Positions 57,770 to 64,000 of a DNA stretch of 64,000 nucleotides are shown here, piece after piece; position 1 is the stretch's first letter, and every line of letters begins with the position of its first letter. The DNA is from Promethearchaeota archaeon. Lineage in GTDB: Archaea > Asgardarchaeota > Lokiarchaeia > Sigyniarchaeales > SOKP01. The stretch lies in NCBI GenBank assembly GCA_048939995.1, contig JBHLOY010000003.1, forward strand, positions 1 to 64,000, in the 5' to 3' direction. A model generated the notes under the pieces. The model saw only the letters and a list, made by a program, of their open reading frames with translations. It searched no databases and had not been told where the DNA came from. A program made the position numbers and the translations under genes.

Positions 57770-57824
57770 AATAAAGATAAATGGTAAATTATTAAAAAAG
57801 ACTTATCAAATTTTAAAAAAGAAA

Positions 57825-58337
57825 TTAAATAAAAATAATTTCTGCTTCAAGTTTGCTTGTATTAATTAAAGCAAATGAACCTTTTCCTGTTAAGTAACCG
57901 CAAACTTCTCCAGGGTTGACTACTAAAACATCATTATCATATCTCTTATTCACAATTGAATGTGTATGACCAGATAAAACGATATCAAAATTTCCTGATT
58001 TCGCTAAGGCTTCAATGGTCTCAGGCTTTGGCATATGTGAAGCAAACACTTTCTTTCCATCAAATTCCTTAATTAATTCATGTCCATTTTCTGCAAATTT
58101 ACAGATTTCACCAAGATTCTTTTTTAAAAAGACATGATCACCATCATTATTCCCAAAAACTCCAAAAAAATGTTCTTTTATATCTTGATTTAAGTTATTA
58201 AACCATTTACGCGTAAAAGGAGAACAATAATCTCCACAATGAATTAAAACATCTACTTTTCTTTCATTTATAATTGAGACTGCCTTCATAATATTAGTTT
58301 GATGATCATGGGTATCTGAAATTATTGCTAATTTCAA
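57825..58337 (-). CDS. YfcE/MJ0936-family metallophosphoesterase
   Basis: ISDTHD, HCGD, GNND, SGHTH and NPG. TTG start with GAGGTG SD. Confidence 0.9.
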   Translation of the reverse strand: MKLAIISDTHDHQTNIMKAVSIINERKVDVLIHCGDYCSPFTRKWFNNLNQDIKEHFFGVFGNNDGDHVFLKKNLGEICKFAENGHELIKEFDGKKVFASHMPKPETIEALAKSGNFDIVLSGHTHSIVNKRYDNDVLVVNPGEVCGYLTGKGSFALINTSKLEAEIIFI

Positions 58338-58475
58338 TGCGGTAACACCTCGATTTGATTTATTTGAATGAATTATTTATTATAATAAAAACAATAAAAA
58401 AATTGTTTGGGTAAAAAATTATATTGTAAGAGTAAATATATTTATAGCATAAGATATGAAAAAGTTGTGCTTTTA

Positions 58476-59552
58476 ATGATTGAAGAATTCCTTAATAAAG
58501 AAAAATTGGCTATCGATATTGAATTGGATAAATATTTCAACCATCTTGACGAAATTGAAAATGAAATCCTCTTGAAAGATTTCATTTCGCAGTTAAAGGA
58601 ATTTATTGTTAATAAAAAAGCTAAAAGGTTGCATCCGATATTACTAATCGCTAGTTTTACAGGAATTATAAATCCTATTTATTTGAATGAACAATTAGAT
58701 CAACTTAGGAAAGTTTCCTTGGCAATGGAATTATTGCATAGTGGACATTTAATCCATGATGATCTTATCGATGAAGAGGAAGAGCGAAGATCCAAACCAA
58801 CCTTCTATTTCCAACTAAAAAGAGAATTAGAAAGAATATATAAGAACCTTGATTTTGGGCATAAAGATGAGCTTATAAAAATGTATGGAAGAGATATGAG
58901 TATATTAGGTGGAACTCATGGATATCTACTTGGACTTGATGTCATTAAAAATTCAAAATTTCCTAATAATTTGAAGTTACTTGCAATTAATGAGTATACT
59001 GAAGCAATGGATTTTTTAATCAAGGGCCATATACTCGAAGAGTACATGCACTATCATAATTTAACAATGACTTTAGAACAATATCTTAATATCGCTGAAA
59101 TGCAAAGAGCAAGGTTATTCGAAAAATCGGCAAAAATAGGAGCAATATTAGCTAAAGGGAACTTACATTATCAAATACAACCCTTAAGCGAAGCTCTCTT
59201 GAGAATAGGGCAAGCCTATGCAATTCGAGATGATATTCTAGATGTGAATAAGGACATAAGAAGTAAAATAAAAAAAAATTTTGTATATATTTTAGCAATT
59301 CAGAATTCAGATGAGAACCAATCTAAACAATTGAATGAAATCTATCATAAGGGTAGTTTATCAAAGGAGGATGTAAAAATAGTAGAAAGATTGTTTGCTG
59401 AAACAAATTCTGTTATTACTGCTGAACATTTTTCGAAAAATTTAGTCTCACAAGCAAAAAATTTTTTGAAAGATATTTATCCCGACTTAAACAAACAACA
59501 AAAATTGTTCTTCAATGAATTCGCAGATTATATTTATATGAGGGAATTTTAA
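58476..59552 (+). CDS. Polyprenyl diphosphate synthase family protein (GGPP synthase-like, divergent)
   Basis: KRLHP, ELLH...LIHDDLID....RR (first Asp-rich motif) and IRDDILD (second). ATG 58476 preferred. Confidence 0.85.
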   Translation: MIEEFLNKEKLAIDIELDKYFNHLDEIENEILLKDFISQLKEFIVNKKAKRLHPILLIASFTGIINPIYLNEQLDQLRKVSLAMELLHSGHLIHDDLIDEEEERRSKPTFYFQLKRELERIYKNLDFGHKDELIKMYGRDMSILGGTHGYLLGLDVIKNSKFPNNLKLLAINEYTEAMDFLIKGHILEEYMHYHNLTMTLEQYLNIAEMQRARLFEKSAKIGAILAKGNLHYQIQPLSEALLRIGQAYAIRDDILDVNKDIRSKIKKNFVYILAIQNSDENQSKQLNEIYHKGSLSKEDVKIVERLFAETNSVITAEHFSKNLVSQAKNFLKDIYPDLNKQQKLFFNEFADYIYMREF

Positions 59553-59566
59553 AAATATTTTATACT

Positions 59567-60178
59567 TTAAAACACCACAAAACTAGAATTTTGCATTTTA
59601 AGCATTAAATTACTTAATTTTTTAAATACTTCTACAACATTATAGTTTTCTAAGGATGACGTTTTATAGAACCCATCTATTTTTTTTTCCGCAACAAAAT
59701 TATTTATCAAAGTGTCGTCAACTATCTCTTCTTGTGGAGTGTTTTCAACTAAATCAAATTTACTACCAACTAGAATTTTTGGAATTTGAGATCCATTAGC
59801 ATGTTCTTTCAATTGATTATACCAAAATTCCATTTGGGTGAATGAATTCTTATTTACCAAATTAAACACTAAAAGCGCTCCATTAGCGCCTCCTAAAAAT
59901 TTTGGAATTAAGGGTTTAAATCTGTCTTGACCTCCAAAATCAAAAATCGAATTAACTATATAATTTTCTCTTGAATTATCAATTCGGTCTTGATGATTAA
60001 TCTTCAAATTTATCGAATGAAAATTTATCCCAATAGTCATTGACGTGTCAAAATTGAATGAGTTAAAACAAAACCTATTGAATAAGCAAGTCTTTCCAAC
60101 AGAAGGTCCTCCAATTATCACCGTTTTGAAGTTAAAGATCACACTTTTTTCTTGTTCTTGAATTCTCATATAATTCAA
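59567..60178 (-). CDS. Rab-like small GTPase
   Basis: G1 GGPSVGKT, TIGINF, DFGGQDRF, GSKFD and KTSS. Confidence 0.9.
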   Translation of the reverse strand: MNYMRIQEQEKSVIFNFKTVIIGGPSVGKTCLFNRFCFNSFNFDTSMTIGINFHSINLKINHQDRIDNSRENYIVNSIFDFGGQDRFKPLIPKFLGGANGALLVFNLVNKNSFTQMEFWYNQLKEHANGSQIPKILVGSKFDLVENTPQEEIVDDTLINNFVAEKKIDGFYKTSSLENYNVVEVFKKLSNLMLKMQNSSFVVF

Positions 60179-60298
60179 ATCTTTATTTTTCCCTTAAAGA
60201 ATTAAATTTTACCTCTAAAAAAAAATTAATTAAATTTCTTTTTCATTATAACACTTAATTCCTAATATTAAGATTCCTTATTAATTAATGATTAAAAA

Positions 60299-61225
60299 AT
60301 GGAAGACATAGAGCTAAAAGCAGTTCCTCCAGAATATATCGTTATTAGACCTCCAGTGGAAGGAGCAGCCTCTTCAATATTAATCCCTGTAACTGGTGGA
60401 TGTTCATGGAACCGCTGCGCCTTCTGTGCAACTTATAAAGGAATGTATGGAATTACTCAAAAATATACTATACGTCCACTCGAAGATGTATTGCAAGATA
60501 TCGATTACTATGCAGAGCATCACTATCATGGATTTCCTGTATTTTTAGCGGGAGGAAATCCAACTTCTGCCCCTACCGATTATCTAGTTAAAATTATAAA
60601 ATATATTAGATTGAAAATTAAAAATGTTCGAAGAGTAAGTTGCTATGCTAAAGCATTAGATATATTAAGAAAGTCAGATGATGAGCTTAAAGAATTAGCA
60701 CAAGCAGGTTTAGACATTGTTTATATGGGATTAGAAAGTGGAAGTAGTATTATATTAAAAAAGATGAAAAAGGGAACTAACTCTGATTCAATGATTGAAG
60801 CAGGAAGGCGTGTCTTAAAAGCGGGAATAAAACTTAGTTTATATGTAATTCTCGGATTAGGTGGAAAAAAACTTTCAAAAGAACATGTTGAAGGAACAGC
60901 TAAAGTTTTGACAGAAATTAATCCAACAATATTTAGATTTCGAACTCTTAATATTGTTCCATATTCAGATCTTTTTAAAGAGTATAATAATGGTGAATTT
61001 GAGTTATTGACTCCTGTGGAAAATCTCATTGAAGAAAGAGATATAATTGCAAAATTGGGGGATAATGTAACTTCTGAAGTGTATAATGATCATTTCGTAA
61101 ATTATTGCGATTTTGAGTCTCAAAATATAAAGGAAGATCGAGAATTATTCATTGAAGCTCTTAATGCATTAATTGATAATCCTCGAATTCAAGCATTACC
61201 GAGAGTAAATTTTACGAGATTATAA
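60299..61225 (+). CDS. Radical SAM protein (paralog of 51626-52540)
   Basis: IRPP.E, CSWNRCAFC, YMGLESG, GLGG and NDH..N. Confidence 0.9.
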   Translation: MEDIELKAVPPEYIVIRPPVEGAASSILIPVTGGCSWNRCAFCATYKGMYGITQKYTIRPLEDVLQDIDYYAEHHYHGFPVFLAGGNPTSAPTDYLVKIIKYIRLKIKNVRRVSCYAKALDILRKSDDELKELAQAGLDIVYMGLESGSSIILKKMKKGTNSDSMIEAGRRVLKAGIKLSLYVILGLGGKKLSKEHVEGTAKVLTEINPTIFRFRTLNIVPYSDLFKEYNNGEFELLTPVENLIEERDIIAKLGDNVTSEVYNDHFVNYCDFESQNIKEDRELFIEALNALIDNPRIQALPRVNFTRL

Positions 61226-61385
61226 GTCTTCTTTATCAAGGTATTGAAAGTATCATTTACAAAAACTATATATTTTTCATATTATAAATTGATAAAATTT
61301 TATAATAGGTAGCTTCTTTATTAATAATATTTACATCTTAAATCAAATTAAATTGATTCTTTAAAATCTTTCAGAGAGATGAAAA

Positions 61386-62852
61386 ATGTCAGATTACTAC
61401 CGAAAAAAAGTCCATTATGAAGAAGTTATAGCAACTTTTGATGATATCCTTATTCAGCCAGGTTATACAAATTTTGAACCACATGAAACTAATATATCTT
61501 CTAAACTAGGTTCATATCAGTTTAATGTCCCGATTATGTCAGCAGCCATGGACACTGTTACAGAGGAGATTATGGCTATTAGAATGGCTTTATTAGGAGG
61601 ATTAGGCGTCCTTCATCGTAATTGTTCGTATGAAAAGCAATTACAAATGGTCCGTATTGTTAAAAGAGCTAGATCTTTTATAATTGATGATGTGGCAACC
61701 ATAGATCCTAATGATCCTATGACTAAAGCAAAATTTATAATGGATAATTATAATATCAGTGGACTTGTTGTAGCTAATGAGGAAAAAAAAGTATGTGGTA
61801 TTTTAACAAAAAGGGATCTACCATTTTTAGACTCAGATGTTAAAAAGGGCAAAGTTAAAGATTATATGTCCAAAAATGTAATATCTATACCACCTGGAGC
61901 TTCTAGGGAAGAGGCTTTGAATATGCTTTTTAAACATAGAATAGAAAAACTTCCTGTAATTGAAAATGGTTATCTTAAAGGATTAATTACTAAAAAAGAC
62001 TTAGCTCCAGAGTTTCCATTGGCTTCTATGGATAAGGAAGGTCATTTAATCTGCGCCTTAGCTTTATCTCCAAAATTTCCTGAATCAATACAAGCTCAGA
62101 AGATGTTAAAAGAGATTGATAAGTATGTTGACATTTTCTTCATTGATGTGGCAGATTATTATAAAGTTACAGATATTGATGGAACCAAAAGATTAATGGA
62201 TTTATTAGAATCTGATTTCGTTTTGGGTAATATTGGAACTTATGAAGCAGCTGAGCATATTATCACTAAATGTGATTTTGATGAAGAAAGACTTATTGGA
62301 TTAAAAGTAGGAATGGGGTCGGGATCAATTTGCACAACCTCGATTCAGACGGGTGTTGGTGCTCCCACTTTATATGCAACGGCTCAAGTAGCAGATGCAG
62401 TTAATGATTACAAACTTGGACTTTCAGTAATCGCAGATGGTGGCTTTAAAAATCCAGGGGATATCCCTAAAGCATTCTCAGTTGGTGCAGATCTAATAAT
62501 GTCTGGACATTTCTTTGCAGGTTGTACAGAAAGCCCTGGTTATGTAGATACTATTCAAGGGCAGAAAGTAAAAGTGTATAGAGGAATGGGAAGCAAGGAA
62601 GCTAGAACCTCTGGTTTTATTTCTGATCGTTACATAGAAGGTTCAAGAGTACTTGCTGAAGGGATATCGGCATACATACCCTATGTTGGAGATCTAGATG
62701 GTGTTATTTTATCATTAAAGGAAGGACTGACTAATGGAATGGTATATGCTGGAGCAAAAACGATCCATGATTTAAAAAAAGTTAAGATTGGTATAGTTAC
62801 TCCCTTTGGACAACAAGAAGTAAAGACACACGATCTAATTGGTAAATATTAA
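61386..62852 (+). CDS. guaB: IMP dehydrogenase (with CBS pair)
   Basis: TFDDILI.P, SAAMDTVTE, GMGSGSICTT, IADGG, YRGMGS and EG. Confidence 0.95.
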   Translation: MSDYYRKKVHYEEVIATFDDILIQPGYTNFEPHETNISSKLGSYQFNVPIMSAAMDTVTEEIMAIRMALLGGLGVLHRNCSYEKQLQMVRIVKRARSFIIDDVATIDPNDPMTKAKFIMDNYNISGLVVANEEKKVCGILTKRDLPFLDSDVKKGKVKDYMSKNVISIPPGASREEALNMLFKHRIEKLPVIENGYLKGLITKKDLAPEFPLASMDKEGHLICALALSPKFPESIQAQKMLKEIDKYVDIFFIDVADYYKVTDIDGTKRLMDLLESDFVLGNIGTYEAAEHIITKCDFDEERLIGLKVGMGSGSICTTSIQTGVGAPTLYATAQVADAVNDYKLGLSVIADGGFKNPGDIPKAFSVGADLIMSGHFFAGCTESPGYVDTIQGQKVKVYRGMGSKEARTSGFISDRYIEGSRVLAEGISAYIPYVGDLDGVILSLKEGLTNGMVYAGAKTIHDLKKVKIGIVTPFGQQEVKTHDLIGKY

Positions 62853-62969
62853 TTATCACTTCTCAAGTAAAATTTTAGAATTCTTTAATATTTTCTTTAT
62901 TGTCTATATAGATATAATTTAACTTATTCGCATAATTTACTCAAATAATATAAGCAAAAATGATCTATT

Positions 62970-64000
62970 ATGAAAAAGATTGAAAGGGCAATCATAAGCG
63001 TTTTTGATAAAAAAGAATTGGTTCCATTTGTAAAAGCCTTAGTCAATGAGTTTAAGGTTGAAATTTTGTCAACAGGAGGCACGGGGGAATTGTTGGAAAA
63101 AAATAGAATTAAATATAAGAAAATATCAGACTATACAAAAAGTCCAGAGATGTTCGATGGAAGAGTTAAAACACTTCACCCGAAAATCGAAGGTGGTATT
63201 CTATATCGTAGAGATTTCCAAAAGGATATTGAAGATGCTTTTAAATATGATATAAAGCCGATTGATATGGTTGTTTGTAATCTATATCAATTTAAAGAAG
63301 CAATAGAAAAACCTGGAATAAAACTTGAGGATGCCTTAGAATTGATAGATATTGGAGGACCAACAATGATTCGTGCCGCTGCAAAAAATTTTCCAGATGT
63401 AATAGTTGTTCCTAGTCCAGAATACTACTCAGACATCATTGAAGAACTTAGAAGAAATAAAGGTGCAATAACTGAACAAACAAGGTTAACATTAGCGCAA
63501 GATGTTTTTACCATTATGGCAGATTACAATGCTGCTATTGCTAATTACCTTCAAAAGTATTATAATCCTAATGCATTATTACCTGATACATTAATCAAAA
63601 TTTATGAGAAATTTCAAGATTGTAGATATGGGGAAAATTATGATCAAGCTGCTGGTTATTATAAAGATTTATCCACTAAATATGGATTATACGACCTCAA
63701 ACAACTTGGAGGAAAACAAATTTCTTTCAATAATTATTTGGATATTGATTCTTGTATTCAAATGCTTCTTGACTTTGATAAAAGCGATTATGTTACTACC
63801 ATTCTTAAACATACTTCTCCGAATGGAGTTGCAATTGATAGAAAGGATTTAATGAAATCAGTAAAAATGGCTTACAGTTGCGACCCTCTTTCTGCGTTTG
63901 GAGGAATCTGGGGCGTAAATAAGAAATTTACTAAAGATGTAGCAGATTTTATCATAAATAAAGAAAAGGTCTTCATAGAAGTTTTACTAGCTCCAAAATA
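62970..64000 (+). CDS. purH: Bifunctional AICAR transformylase / IMP cyclohydrolase (truncated by window edge; absent from the ORF track)
   Basis: ATG 62970 gives MKKIERAIISVFDK...STGGT...DGRVKTLHP...NLY...IDIGGPTMIRAAAKN...RYGEN...KH. Confidence 0.95.
   Translation, partial: MKKIERAIISVFDKKELVPFVKALVNEFKVEILSTGGTGELLEKNRIKYKKISDYTKSPEMFDGRVKTLHPKIEGGILYRRDFQKDIEDAFKYDIKPIDMVVCNLYQFKEAIEKPGIKLEDALELIDIGGPTMIRAAAKNFPDVIVVPSPEYYSDIIEELRRNKGAITEQTRLTLAQDVFTIMADYNAAIANYLQKYYNPNALLPDTLIKIYEKFQDCRYGENYDQAAGYYKDLSTKYGLYDLKQLGGKQISFNNYLDIDSCIQMLLDFDKSDYVTTILKHTSPNGVAIDRKDLMKSVKMAYSCDPLSAFGGIWGVNKKFTKDVADFIINKEKVFIEVLLAPK

Noticed and set aside
63046-63852. Two short plus-strand ORFs in the ORF track
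   Set aside because: They are out-of-frame overlaps of purH, which starts at 62970 and runs off the window.

Overview
AT-rich (~30% GC by eye), gene-dense archaeal chromosome segment, very probably from an Asgard archaeon (Lokiarchaeia-like). The assignment rests on archaeal PheRS, TyrRS, RadA, AOR and DUF1512, GAGGTGA-type Shine-Dalgarno sites, and eukaryotic-signature proteins: two Rab-like GTPases (one roadblock-fused), a JAMM/MPN protein, a PCI-like protein, a Vps29-like protein, an LRR protein and a giant surface protein with a longin-like tail. About 50 CDSs cover translation, histidine catabolism (hutUHI plus ftcD), central carbon metabolism (ppdK, pgi-like, acdB, adh/aor), purine synthesis (guaB, purH) and glycosylation. 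I found no rRNA, tRNA, CRISPR array or mobile element. The most striking unannotated signal is in the 344-nt gap upstream of the pheS-pheT-chorismate mutase operon. It holds a 27-codon ORF with a Phe cluster (FFFQFF, resembling E. coli PheL/PheM) that overlaps GC-richer, mutually exclusive RNA stems, making it a candidate Phe-sensing leader-peptide attenuator in an archaeon. pheT and the first full gene also appear to start at non-canonical ATT and ATA codons. All product calls come from motif recognition; no database searches were run.
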